A stretch of DNA of 64,000 nucleotides, taken from the IMG/VR virus record IMGVR_UViG_3300019458_000001. One strand, given 5' to 3'. Source of the DNA: a virus. Below are positions 9,489 to 18,805 of this stretch, piece after piece. Position 1 is the first letter of the stretch. Every line of letters starts with the position of its first letter. Below the pieces are notes generated by a model that saw nothing but the letters and a program-made list of their open reading frames with translations, was not told the origin of the DNA and ran no database searches. The translations under genes were made by a program, and so were the position numbers.

Positions 9489-10951
9489 AGGTCACCCTCG
9501 ACTCGATGGTGCGGGTGACGGAGCTCACCCACGACCAGGAGGCGACCATGCTCGCGCCCCTGGAAGCCATCTACAAGGAGTTCGCGGATACGCTCTCGGC
9601 GGGGGCCATCGGCGGCGTCGACTCGGGCGTCGTCACGCTCCCGCGCGGCATGGCGGAGCTTCTGGGCAGCCTGCCGCCGTGCGAGATCTCCGACGGGCGC
9701 CAGTATGGGGACGACATCCAGATCGCGGTGGACCGGTCCAAGCTCGACCCGGATAAGCTCAAGTACCAGGTTCGCGCGATCGAGCTGGCTGCGCCGCAGG
9801 GAGAGGGCGTCCTCGTTTCTCCGACAGGGACCGGCAAGACCGTCATGGAGGCGCTCCTGGTCGAGGAGCTCGGAGTGAACACGCTCATCCTCACACACAC
9901 AAGCAAGATCGCAAGCCAGATCGTCTCGACATTCAAGGAGCTCGCCGGCATCGATACGGGGTTCATCGGCGGGGGTGCCAGGAAGATCAAGCCCATCACG
10001 GTCGGACTCATCCAGTCCGTCCGGTCTTATGATCCGATCCTGAAGTCCGTGGGGCTTCTGATCATCGACGAGGCGCACCACGTCTCGGCGTCGTCCTATC
10101 TGTCGGTCCTGCGGGAGTGCACAGCCCGCTGCCGTTTCGGATTCACGGCCACGATCCGCAAAAGCGATTTCTCCGAAAAGGTCATCTACGCCGCGCTCGG
10201 CCAGAAGCTCGTGGACATTGGCGTTGGCGAGCTCCAAGACAAAGGCTTCCTAAACAGGGGTGTCGTCGAGACCGTCTATACGGGGGCCATCGCAACGCGG
10301 TTCGACTACGTACGCCAGAGGTGCTGGTACTTCAAGAGCGCCGAGAAGACCGGCGAGAAGAAATGCCCGCACCCATGCACCTATCCCAAGGACGACGATA
10401 CGGACAAGTGCGTCTACGACAAGGGGTATTACACCTGGGTCTACAAGAAGCTCGCCGATGACCAGCTCCGGAACGAGCTGCTCATCGCCAGAATCCTCGA
10501 GAAGAGGATGGAGCATCCGTGGACCATCGTCCTCACGCACCTCAAGGCCCACGCCAAACTCATCGCCGAAAAGCTCGTCGCGGCCGGGGCGGACACGGTC
10601 TACCTGGCTTACGGAAGTCCGATGTCCCAGAAGGTCCGCGATGCGTCCGTTGCGTCCTACGTGTCCTCGGGTGGCACACTCGTGTGTACAACTGGAGGGC
10701 TGGGAGAAGGATTCGATGCCCCGAAGACGTCCTGCCTGGTCCGCGCGATGCCGAGCGGTGGCAAGGTCTCCGTCCGGCAGCAGACAGGCCGCATCATGCG
10801 GCCTCAGGAACGGGAGAGCGTCATCGTTGACTTCGTGGATCCCAAGATCCCTTGGCTGAAGAAGCTCTGGATGGGACGGCTCTCCATCTACAAGGCGATC
10901 GGGTTCAGGCTCGCGTCGCAGAAAAAAGACGACTTGTTCGGCGGCGCTTGA
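9485..10951 (+). CDS. superfamily 2 DEAD/DEAH-box helicase (type III restriction Res / XPB-like)
   Basis: Motif I SPTGTGKT, motif II LLIIDEAHH, motif III FGFTAT, motifs V/VI TTGGLGEGFD..QQTGRIMR. ATGA overlap start at 9485. Confidence 0.85.
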   Translation: MKVTLDSMVRVTELTHDQEATMLAPLEAIYKEFADTLSAGAIGGVDSGVVTLPRGMAELLGSLPPCEISDGRQYGDDIQIAVDRSKLDPDKLKYQVRAIELAAPQGEGVLVSPTGTGKTVMEALLVEELGVNTLILTHTSKIASQIVSTFKELAGIDTGFIGGGARKIKPITVGLIQSVRSYDPILKSVGLLIIDEAHHVSASSYLSVLRECTARCRFGFTATIRKSDFSEKVIYAALGQKLVDIGVGELQDKGFLNRGVVETVYTGAIATRFDYVRQRCWYFKSAEKTGEKKCPHPCTYPKDDDTDKCVYDKGYYTWVYKKLADDQLRNELLIARILEKRMEHPWTIVLTHLKAHAKLIAEKLVAAGADTVYLAYGSPMSQKVRDASVASYVSSGGTLVCTTGGLGEGFDAPKTSCLVRAMPSGGKVSVRQQTGRIMRPQERESVIVDFVDPKIPWLKKLWMGRLSIYKAIGFRLASQKKDDLFGGA

Positions 10952-11178
10952 CTTGGATTCGACCGGTGCTACGATGGCCGCCGCTCAAGGGTTGAAGTGG
11001 GTCGCAGACACGCCTGTCCAGCGACCCCGGTTCGCATCGCTCTCGCATAGTCTCTGGAGACAGGAGGTGTCAGATACCCGACGACGATTCCATTTTCTCT
11101 GATGTCAAGGACGAGCCCGAAGGCTCGCAGCCAAGCGGAATCATCCGCGCGTCCTCGTCTTCCCTCGGCTCCGCCGAG

Positions 11179-12036
11179 ATGTGCCCGAAGCAGTATTACT
11201 TCGGCTACGTCCTCAAGGTGAAGCGGCCGACGAACCAGGCGCTCTACTTCGGGCGCAAGTTCGACGAGACGCTCAACTACAACTACGGCAACAAGCGCAT
11301 CACCGACCACGATCTGCCCGCCGACGACCTGAAGGACTTCTTCAGAACAGGCTGGGAAGCCGAGAAGGAGCAGGTCGAACACTGGGAGGGAGAGGACCCG
11401 GACGGGCTCAAGGAGCTCGGCACCAAGGGCGTCGACGAGTTCGCCAAGGAAGTCACGCCCGCCGTGCACATCGAGGAAGTCCAGCCGAAATTCCAGATGA
11501 CGTTCAAGCAGTCGAACGTGGTCTTGACGGGCATCCCGGACTTCGTCGAGAGGTGCGGCACGATCGGGGACAACAAGACGTCCGGCCGGTCCTACGACGA
11601 GAACAAGATCCTGCAGGCGCACCAGCCCGTGATCTACTCGCTCTCGAAGGACTGGAACTCCGACAAGCCGCGCGAGGTCCGCTATGACGTGCTGGTCAAG
11701 ACCAAGAAGCCGAAGGTCCAGCAGTTGAAGCTGCTCGTCACGAAGGAGTACCGCGACGCCGAGCTCCAGTATCTGGCGAACGTCGTCGAGTGGATCCGCT
11801 CGATGCTCGCCTCGAAGAACTTCCCTCCGACGGCCTTCCACAGGGGCGGCTGGGAATGCGGCTACTGCCCGTACAACGACATGTGCAGGAAGGTCACGGG
11901 GCTCCCGATCCCGCAGCCAAAGACAAAGCCGGAGCCACTGCCGAAGAAGTACGTCGAGATCAACGAGAAGCTCCTCCAGCAGGCCGTGCAGGAGGAGAAG
12001 CAGATCAAGGAAGTAATGAGATCGATCATCGTATGA
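11179..12036 (+). CDS. PD-(D/E)XK nuclease, Cas4/RecB-like exonuclease with Fe-S Cys cluster
   Basis: N-terminal CPKQYYF, IPDF..GDNKT (D..D-x-K), QPVIYSL (QxxxY), C-terminal CGYCPYNDMC. The N-terminus may extend upstream (see finding). Confidence 0.8.
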   Translation: MCPKQYYFGYVLKVKRPTNQALYFGRKFDETLNYNYGNKRITDHDLPADDLKDFFRTGWEAEKEQVEHWEGEDPDGLKELGTKGVDEFAKEVTPAVHIEEVQPKFQMTFKQSNVVLTGIPDFVERCGTIGDNKTSGRSYDENKILQAHQPVIYSLSKDWNSDKPREVRYDVLVKTKKPKVQQLKLLVTKEYRDAELQYLANVVEWIRSMLASKNFPPTAFHRGGWECGYCPYNDMCRKVTGLPIPQPKTKPEPLPKKYVEINEKLLQQAVQEEKQIKEVMRSIIV

Positions 12037-13451
12037 CGAAGACCCTTACACGAAGGAGAAAGCGCATGCCCGTGACGAAGGACCCGAAGGCCCCGCCCCG
12101 CCAGGCGGAGCCCGAGGTCGATCAGATCGTCGAAAAGAACCAGGCGCTGGCGGCGGCCTGGGAGCAGATGGGGATCTTCAAGAAGCTCCCCGTCACGAAG
12201 GACGTCCTCATCAAGATGGCGAACCTCGAGGGGATGCCCCTTTCGGGCGTCGACGTCATCGAGACGCAGCAGGGATTCCGGCTCTACGTGAACAATGAGG
12301 GCGCGAAATTCAATCGCGAGAAGTTTCTCTCGCAGCAGGGCCGCGAGCTCTCGGGGCGCGTCGTCGACATCATCGACAAGCTGCCGGGCGCCGTCGGAGA
12401 CGCGACGCTCGACAAGCAGCAGGGCCGTCTCTACTTCCGGATCACGACCAGGATCAAGAGCGCCGAGTACGTGAAGATCGTCGACGCCGCCTGCGCCGGC
12501 AAGATGTCGGCCGCAGACGCCAAGATCCTCCTCGATGACGACGAGAAGAGGAACACGTACCTGACGTACAGCGGGTTCTCGTACGCGTCGGAGAAGTTCC
12601 AGCAGAACCGGACGCCCGAGCACATCATCAAGAAGGGCATCACGCAGTGCCACCGGCGTGCGGATCTCGAGATCTCCAAGCAGTGCGTCCTGCCGGCAGA
12701 CGAGGAGCCGTCCGACGCCAACTTCCTCACGAACGCGGAGGAACTGCTCAAGCAGGCGGGGGCCGGCCAGCCCGCGGCGCTCGCGCCCGTCAAGTCCGAG
12801 CCCGTCCTGCCCCAGCCGAGCAAGGTGGACGCCGCGCCCGCAGCCGCGCCGTCCCAGACGCCCAGCGCGGCGCCTGGCTCTGGAGGAGAGGGGAAGACAG
12901 CGGAAGATCTGACGGCGAAGATCACGGCGCTCAACAGCGTCTTCGAGAAGGCCGGCGTCAAGAAGTTCGACCGGCAGAAGTGGATGACCGAGCACGGGTT
13001 CCCGTTCAGCAAGAAGGAGCTGACGCTGGAGCTCCTCGACAAGGCGATCAAGGTGGCGACGGAGCAGTTCACGCCGTCGGCCGCCCAGCCCGCCAAGCAG
13101 GAGCCCCCGAAGCAGGCCGAGAAGGCCGCGGAGGATCCCGAGCGCATCAAGCACCTCGCCAAGATCTTCGCCACGCGCGAGAAGGCAGGATTCGGAGACG
13201 AGGAGCTCCTCCGTGCGTGGGTCAAGGAGAACTGCGGCAAGGGGCTCTCTGAGATGTCCGCCAAAGAGATGGAGCCCGTGGTCGCGCGCGTGGTCGAGCT
13301 CACGGAGTTCCTGGGCAACCACACGAAGTGGGGGTTCAACTCGGTCGCCGAGATCGTGGCGTACATCCAGGACTCCAGCGGCAAGAGCGTCCACAGGATG
13401 ACGCCGGCCGAGCTGAAGAAGCTCGGGGACGCCTTGACGGAGATGATGTAG
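12033..13451 (+). CDS. hypothetical protein. Possible single-strand annealing/recombination partner of the nuclease, by position only.
   Basis: ATGA overlap start. 472 aa with a Pro/Ala-rich linker. Sits directly after the helicase and Cas4-like nuclease. Ends in TAG. Confidence 0.55.
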   Translation: MTKTLTRRRKRMPVTKDPKAPPRQAEPEVDQIVEKNQALAAAWEQMGIFKKLPVTKDVLIKMANLEGMPLSGVDVIETQQGFRLYVNNEGAKFNREKFLSQQGRELSGRVVDIIDKLPGAVGDATLDKQQGRLYFRITTRIKSAEYVKIVDAACAGKMSAADAKILLDDDEKRNTYLTYSGFSYASEKFQQNRTPEHIIKKGITQCHRRADLEISKQCVLPADEEPSDANFLTNAEELLKQAGAGQPAALAPVKSEPVLPQPSKVDAAPAAAPSQTPSAAPGSGGEGKTAEDLTAKITALNSVFEKAGVKKFDRQKWMTEHGFPFSKKELTLELLDKAIKVATEQFTPSAAQPAKQEPPKQAEKAAEDPERIKHLAKIFATREKAGFGDEELLRAWVKENCGKGLSEMSAKEMEPVVARVVELTEFLGNHTKWGFNSVAEIVAYIQDSSGKSVHRMTPAELKKLGDALTEMM

Positions 13452-13469
13452 CCTGGCCTTGGAGAGAAC

Positions 13470-13826
13470 ATGGCATTGAGTCTGGAACAGGTCCTGGCGC
13501 TGCCGATCCGGTCGCTCCAGCAGTCTTCCAAGGCGATCGTCTTCGTGCTCGCGGACGGGAAACGGTTCTGGCTTCTGGGCGGAAAATGCCGGCGGCCCCT
13601 GCCTCAAGGGGTCGCCGGCTTCACGCCGCGCGAGATGATCGAGATCCTCAAGTGGGATCTCCCTGAGTCTGCGCTTCGGGAGATCCTGAAGATCAAGGAG
13701 GCTATGGGAGGCGGGACCGTGGTCGAGATCATCGAACCAACGGGAAGCGACGCCGCCCCTACCCCGCCCTCTGGTAGCCCCTCGTCACCACCCACAGGCA
13801 GGAAGGAAGATGCTGGACAAGCATGA
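13470..13826 (+). CDS. hypothetical protein (118 aa)
   Basis: Track ORF. The ATG is in frame with the TAG of the upstream gene. Confidence 0.5.
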   Translation: MALSLEQVLALPIRSLQQSSKAIVFVLADGKRFWLLGGKCRRPLPQGVAGFTPREMIEILKWDLPESALREILKIKEAMGGGTVVEIIEPTGSDAAPTPPSGSPSSPPTGRKEDAGQA

Positions 13827-14019
13827 GCTTCCAGGCGTCATCGTCCGACTCCGGCGGCCTTGGGCCGGCGGTGGTCACGCCCTGACCGCAGAGCGCGCAT
13901 TCGTACGGAACTATCAAACGGACACTTCTACACCTGCGCCCAACGCAAGCCTCGGTGAACGGGCCGAGACACCTGGAACACGTTCCAGTCCACTCAGCCC
14001 AAGGCTTCACCAAGATCAT
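13759..14019 (-). CDS. small CxxC..CxxC zinc-ribbon protein (possible regulator)
   Basis: ATG 14019 preceded by AAAGGAG with a 6-nt spacer. Motifs CSRC..CALC. Divergent from the primase gene. The 3-prime end overlaps 13470..13826 convergently. Confidence 0.4.
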   Translation of the reverse strand: MILVKPWAEWTGTCSRCLGPFTEACVGRRCRSVRLIVPYECALCGQGVTTAGPRPPESDDDAWKLMLVQHLPSCLWVVTRGYQRAG

Positions 14020-14035
14020 CTTGCGCTCCTTTCAG

Positions 14036-14294
14036 ACGTCTTGCACAAGATCTGCAAGGCCTATATATGCTTAGAAAGGCCTCGTAGACGCATTATAACT
14101 CATAATCTAAGAACGTCTTGCAGATTAGCAGAGAGGTATGTAATAAATCACCGACCTACTACCACACCTTGGCGCCTCGGTTACTCACCCCAAAAGCCTC
14201 ATAGGTCTGCAAAAACGCTGCAAGCGCTGCAAGACAGCAAGGTGCTGCCACACAGTTACTTACGCGCGCGGTGCCTGCTAGATTGCACTGCAAG
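14036..14294. promoter_or_regulatory. AT-rich intergenic region with a TGCAAG/CTTGCA repeat cluster (operator, iteron or promoter candidates)
   Basis: CTTGCA at 14040 and 14117 (within the 10-nt direct repeat ACGTCTTGCA at 14036 and 14113). TGCAAG at 14053, 14219, 14228 and 14289. Tandem GCTGCAAG at 14217 and 14226. TATATAT and CATAAT-like stretches. Confidence 0.5.
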
Positions 14295-14353
14295 CGGCGA
14301 ATCTGGTTAGGCGATTCTCAAAAAGAAACTTCAACTGGAACTGGAGAGAGAAA

Positions 14354-17300
14354 ATGAACCCTCTGTGGGATGCCGTAAAGGCCCTTCCGATTCTGCAGAT
14401 TGCGGAGCTGCTCGGGATCCACGTCGTGAAGGACTGCGGGTCCTACGCGCAGGCGATCTGCATCTTCCACCAGGATCACGTCGGGGCTGGCGGCAAGCCC
14501 AACCTGAGCCTCCTGAAGACCAAGAACGGCTTCCGGTGCTTCGTGTGCGAGGCGCACGGGTCCGTGATCGACCTGTACGCCAAGGCGACCGGCATGGACG
14601 CCGCGGCGGCCGTGGCAAAGCTCGCGGAGACCTTCCACATCGTGGTCGACCAGCCGAAGCCGGCCCAGCCCGCGCCGGCGGCTCCCCAGAAGAAGAAGGA
14701 TGAGGAGTACGAGAAGTGGGACCTCGAGCGGATCCAAAAGGCTCACGCGAACCTCCTGGACCCCAAGAACGAGGTCCACCTGAACCACCTTCTCAAGCTC
14801 CGGCTCATCACCAAGGACTACGTGATCGGCAAGAAGATCGGCCTCGCCTGGGTGCCCGGGATCGAGCTCTGCTACACGGTCCCCAGCTTCACGAAGGACG
14901 GGAAGGTCCAGACGGTGCGCACGCACTCGAGGATCACCCGGAAGGACAAGCGGTTCGTCAAGGGGTTCACGTCGAAGTTCCTCTACGACCTGACGAGCTT
15001 CAACCCGGACGCCCCTGAGATGCACGTCGTGGAGGGCGAGACGAAGTCCTGGTACATGGAGTGCGTCCTCAAGAAGAACGTGATCACGGGCCTGTGCGGG
15101 TCGACCACGCTGCCCGGCGTCTTCGCGAGCGGCCTCTCGCTTCTGGGAGACCTCGCCAAGAAGGACCGGATCGTCTTCTACCCGGACAACGACTCGCCCG
15201 GCGAGCTGTGCATGCACAAGATCCGCTACTCGCTCGGGCCGCAGGCGAAGTGCTTCAAGGCGTACTGGCCCGCCGACTACATGAAGAAGGGCTCGATCGA
15301 CGACTGGTTCACGATCGCCGGCAAGAACGAGGCGGAGCTCAACGCCATCATCAAGCCCTACGGCTTCGATGAGGCGGAGGCGTTCCTCAAGACCGCCGAG
15401 GACAAGAAGAAGCTGATCGAGAAAGGGCGGAAGGTCTACGAGGACGGGAACTGCTACTTCCGCGCCAGGACCCCGAAGCCCTCCGACGACCGGTGCACCT
15501 GCGAGCACAAGAAGACCGATCACAAGCAGATCGGCCAGCACGAGAGCGGCGCCGGCTACGTCTACGGGGAGTGCTCCCGGAAGAAGAAGGGCGATCTCAA
15601 CGTCGCCTGCCCGTGCAACGCCTTCGAGATCCAGAGCGACCCCACCGCCGACGGGACGCCCGTCGAGGAGTCCGGCGTCTACGCCGACCGGATCTCGAAC
15701 TTCGTGATCCGCGGGCGGTCGCTCGTCAAGATCGAGCGCGACGTCTACACGCGCGCCGACATCATCACGTACGACGGGAAGACCGAGAAGGACGTCTTCG
15801 TGGCGCCCGACGCCTTCCACTCGAGGGCGAAGATCCTCGGCCAGCTCAAGGACCCCCGCTACGAGTTCAAGGGGACCGACAACGACGTGATGGAGATCGC
15901 GAGCTGGGTCGTGAAAACGATCAAGGACTCCGAGGTCAAGAAGGGCGTGACCTACGTCGGGTTCGTCGACGATTGCTTCGTCGGGCCGGGCTTCGCGATC
16001 GACAAGGGCGGCTATATCGAAAACCCGCCCATCGAGTACGTGAACCAGGGGACGCCCTGCGATACCCAGGTCAAGGTCCATCCGCACTCGAACCCGATGG
16101 AGGTCCTCAAGGCCTTTTGCGGGACGATCCTCAACGTGAACAAGCCGCAGGTCGTGATCCCCACGCTCGGCTGGTTCTTCGCCTGCTTCTTCAAGGACCG
16201 GATCCGCCAGCTCCTCAACTACTTCCCGATCCTCTCGTTCTTCGGGACGTCGGGGGCGGGCAAGACCCAGTTCGCCTCGACGATGATGCGCCTCTTCGGG
16301 ATCAAGAAGGGCGTCATGCTCAACAACGCGCACCAGACGACGTTCGTCAAGGACAAGCTCCTGGCGAGCTCGAACGTGGTGCCGGTCGCCGTCGACGAGT
16401 TCAAGGAGGACATCGGGAAGCTCGCGATCGACGACTGGAAGCATCGGATCCGCTCCAGCTTCTCCGGAGAGGTCGCGGCCCGCGGGCGCCAGGATCTGAC
16501 GATCCGGGAGTTCCCGTTCCGGGCGCCACTCCTGGTGATCGGCGAAATGTCCGTCGTCCGCGAGCAGGCGATCGCCGAGCGGACGATCGCGATCGAGCCC
16601 AAGAAGTCCTACATCGGCAACGCCGAGCGGGACGCCTTCAAGGTCCTCACGAAAGATATCCAGATCGAGGCGCTCTTCCTGCCGATCGTGCAGTGGGTGC
16701 TCGCGAAGGGGTACGGGGCGTTCCTGGACATCTGGGGCGCGTCGCGGAAGGAGCTGACCGAGATGAAGCTCCCGTGGCTGCCCGACCGCGTCTGGGACAA
16801 CATCACCGTGATGGCGTTCGGCGTGAACGCGATCCAGCAGTTCGCCAAGGACTCCAGCGTGGCGTTCCACGTCAAGCCGGAGGCGAAGAAGGAGGCCATC
16901 ATCGCCCTGACGAGCCGCGTCCTCGAGGTCGCCCAGCGAACGAAGATGGGCTTCGACTACCTCGTCGAGGCTCTGGCAGTCATGGCCAAGAACGGCGTCG
17001 TCCAGAAAAGCAGAGACTACGACGTGAAGGGCGAGTGGCTCTATGTCCATCTCCCGAGCTGTGTTCCCGCGTTCCGCAAGTGGGCGCGTGAATCGAACTA
17101 CACCAACGAGATGCTCGACGAGCGGGAGTACCGCAACCAGGCCGCCGAGATCGAGAGGATGCAGTTCGGGCGCTACGTCTACGACGTCTCGAAAGCGAAG
17201 CAGCTCGGCGAACACGCGCTCAGAACGGTCCAGGTCAACCTGAAGATCGCGGAGCGCTTCGGGCTCGACGTCGGAGGATTCGGATTCAGCACCGAGCAGG

Positions 17301-17461
17301 TCAACCAGTACGAACAGGATCTCCCCGCAAGCGGCAAGCCCGACGAGCAACTGCCGCCGGAGCTCACCTCGGAAGATCAGCAGCAGACGCTTTTCCAGCA
17401 GGCGCCGCCGGTCGTGCCGGCCGCCGACCAGGAGGACGACATCTTTGGAAGCGACGAATAG
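14354..17461 (+). CDS. bifunctional DNA primase-helicase (zf-CHC2 + TOPRIM DnaG-type primase fused to a P-loop NTPase)
   Basis: CIFHQDH..CFVCEAHG (CHC2 zinc finger). TOPRIM HVVEGETKS..YPDNDSPG. Walker A GTSGAGKT. Walker B VAVDEF. Acidic C-terminal tail ..QEDDIFGSDE. Confidence 0.85.
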   Translation: MNPLWDAVKALPILQIAELLGIHVVKDCGSYAQAICIFHQDHVGAGGKPNLSLLKTKNGFRCFVCEAHGSVIDLYAKATGMDAAAAVAKLAETFHIVVDQPKPAQPAPAAPQKKKDEEYEKWDLERIQKAHANLLDPKNEVHLNHLLKLRLITKDYVIGKKIGLAWVPGIELCYTVPSFTKDGKVQTVRTHSRITRKDKRFVKGFTSKFLYDLTSFNPDAPEMHVVEGETKSWYMECVLKKNVITGLCGSTTLPGVFASGLSLLGDLAKKDRIVFYPDNDSPGELCMHKIRYSLGPQAKCFKAYWPADYMKKGSIDDWFTIAGKNEAELNAIIKPYGFDEAEAFLKTAEDKKKLIEKGRKVYEDGNCYFRARTPKPSDDRCTCEHKKTDHKQIGQHESGAGYVYGECSRKKKGDLNVACPCNAFEIQSDPTADGTPVEESGVYADRISNFVIRGRSLVKIERDVYTRADIITYDGKTEKDVFVAPDAFHSRAKILGQLKDPRYEFKGTDNDVMEIASWVVKTIKDSEVKKGVTYVGFVDDCFVGPGFAIDKGGYIENPPIEYVNQGTPCDTQVKVHPHSNPMEVLKAFCGTILNVNKPQVVIPTLGWFFACFFKDRIRQLLNYFPILSFFGTSGAGKTQFASTMMRLFGIKKGVMLNNAHQTTFVKDKLLASSNVVPVAVDEFKEDIGKLAIDDWKHRIRSSFSGEVAARGRQDLTIREFPFRAPLLVIGEMSVVREQAIAERTIAIEPKKSYIGNAERDAFKVLTKDIQIEALFLPIVQWVLAKGYGAFLDIWGASRKELTEMKLPWLPDRVWDNITVMAFGVNAIQQFAKDSSVAFHVKPEAKKEAIIALTSRVLEVAQRTKMGFDYLVEALAVMAKNGVVQKSRDYDVKGEWLYVHLPSCVPAFRKWARESNYTNEMLDEREYRNQAAEIERMQFGRYVYDVSKAKQLGEHALRTVQVNLKIAERFGLDVGGFGFSTEQVNQYEQDLPASGKPDEQLPPELTSEDQQQTLFQQAPPVVPAADQEDDIFGSDE

Positions 17462-17669
17462 CGCCGAACAAAAACAGAAGAGGTTCATCCTGACCGGGGA
17501 CATCAAGCACCCGGGACGGATCGCCGTGAACGCGTCGACCCTCGAGGAGGCGCTCCGGAAGGCCGAGGACGGCGAGTTCTCGGTTTACGACGAGTCGCAC
17601 AAGATCCTCGCCTTCGAGTGGAACGGGGACCAGAACTCCGTCGAAGAGCTCAAGACCGGGGACGAGTGA
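17445..17669 (+). CDS. hypothetical protein (74 aa)
   Basis: TTG start 8 nt after GGAGGA. Overlaps the primase 3-prime end. Confidence 0.45.
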   Translation: MEATNSAEQKQKRFILTGDIKHPGRIAVNASTLEEALRKAEDGEFSVYDESHKILAFEWNGDQNSVEELKTGDE

Positions 17670-17675
17670 TTCCGG

Positions 17676-18341
17676 ATGCCTTTCACCGCGTCTCTCGGAG
17701 ACGACCGAAAGGGAAACGGCCTCGCGGCCTGCGCCGGGCTTCTCGCAAGCGGCCTCTGGGGATCCATGCCCTGGGAAGCCCGGCGTCAGCAGTGCCGGAT
17801 GTGTATGCTCCGCTTCATGAAACAGCCGTCCTGCAGTCTGGACTTCCTGACGATCGGAGACACCGGCCGGCTCAAGCTCGAGATCGCGGAGTGCCTCGCC
17901 TGGGTCGCCGAGTGCACGCCATCGTGGACGTCCTTCAACGGATGTGTCCACGAAGTCGAGCTCGTCTATGCCCGACTGGGCCACGACGCGGTTCCGCCGC
18001 CCTCCCAGGTCCTCGAGGACTTCATGAAGGTGTGCGCCGGAGCCGCCAGCGATGAGGTTCTCTGGAAGGATTGGAACATCTACGTCGAACAGTTCGAGGG
18101 GCGCCCTCAGCGCGCGGAGGTCCCGGTGGCCATGAAGCCCGCCGTCGACGGGATCGTCGACATGCTGACCTCCGCGGCGCGTCTCAACGGGAGAGCGCTC
18201 TTCTTTCTCTATGCGGCGTCCTCCGTGTTCGAGGACGCAGCGACGCATCTCGGGCTGCCGACCCTCAAGCAGACGTTCGGCCACCTGCTTGAAGCCTCGA
18301 GAAAAGCCGTGGCCGCCAACGCTTCCCTGGAGGTTTCGTAG
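17676..18341 (+). CDS. hypothetical protein (221 aa)
   Basis: Track ORF with coding-like composition. Ends in TAG. Confidence 0.55.
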   Translation: MPFTASLGDDRKGNGLAACAGLLASGLWGSMPWEARRQQCRMCMLRFMKQPSCSLDFLTIGDTGRLKLEIAECLAWVAECTPSWTSFNGCVHEVELVYARLGHDAVPPPSQVLEDFMKVCAGAASDEVLWKDWNIYVEQFEGRPQRAEVPVAMKPAVDGIVDMLTSAARLNGRALFFLYAASSVFEDAATHLGLPTLKQTFGHLLEASRKAVAANASLEVS

Positions 18342-18805
18342 TGGACAACCACCTGCAGATGGCGACCGTCGCGCAGAAGATGGTGAACATCCTCGCGCTC
18401 AACTGCCCGCCGAACTACCACTGCGGAGGACCGGCATACGCGGCGTCGTCCGCCATGGACGCGATCCTCCACCTCATGGGGATCGGTGTCACGATGCTCC
18501 AGAGCCGCAGCAACGAGGGGAACGAGGCCTTCGAGAAGAGCGTGCAGGAGCACGCCGTCTACAAGCAGTCGATCCTTGGAGGCTATATCCAGCACAAGAG
18601 CCAGATCCTCGCGGGCGCGCTCCACTCGGTTTTCTCGAACCCCAGGGAGAGAGGACTCCGAGAACCGGAGCCCATCTCGGAAGCAGCGCTCCTCAGCCTC
18701 ATCGAGTGGTACCTCTTCAAGGCTGGGATCCCCAAGGAGTCGTTCATCGAGAAGCTCAAGGCGTCCAACCATGACGAGCTCATCCAACTGGAGAAAAACC
18801 CATGA
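18341..18805 (+). CDS. hypothetical protein (154 aa)
   Basis: GTG overlapping the upstream TAG. Track ORF. Confidence 0.55.
   Translation: MDNHLQMATVAQKMVNILALNCPPNYHCGGPAYAASSAMDAILHLMGIGVTMLQSRSNEGNEAFEKSVQEHAVYKQSILGGYIQHKSQILAGALHSVFSNPRERGLREPEPISEAALLSLIEWYLFKAGIPKESFIEKLKASNHDELIQLEKNP

Noticed and set aside
10952-11178. Possible tRNA or small RNA in the 227-nt gap after the helicase gene (contains a GGTTCG-like string).
   Set aside because: No acceptor or T-stem complementarity could be found. Part of the gap looks like the missing N-terminus of the Cas4-like nuclease.
13810-14310. 166-aa plus-strand ORF spanning the AT-rich intergenic region.
   Set aside because: The sequence is not protein-like (Arg/Ser/His/Leu/Thr-rich) and has no RBS. 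It runs through the repeat-rich control region.
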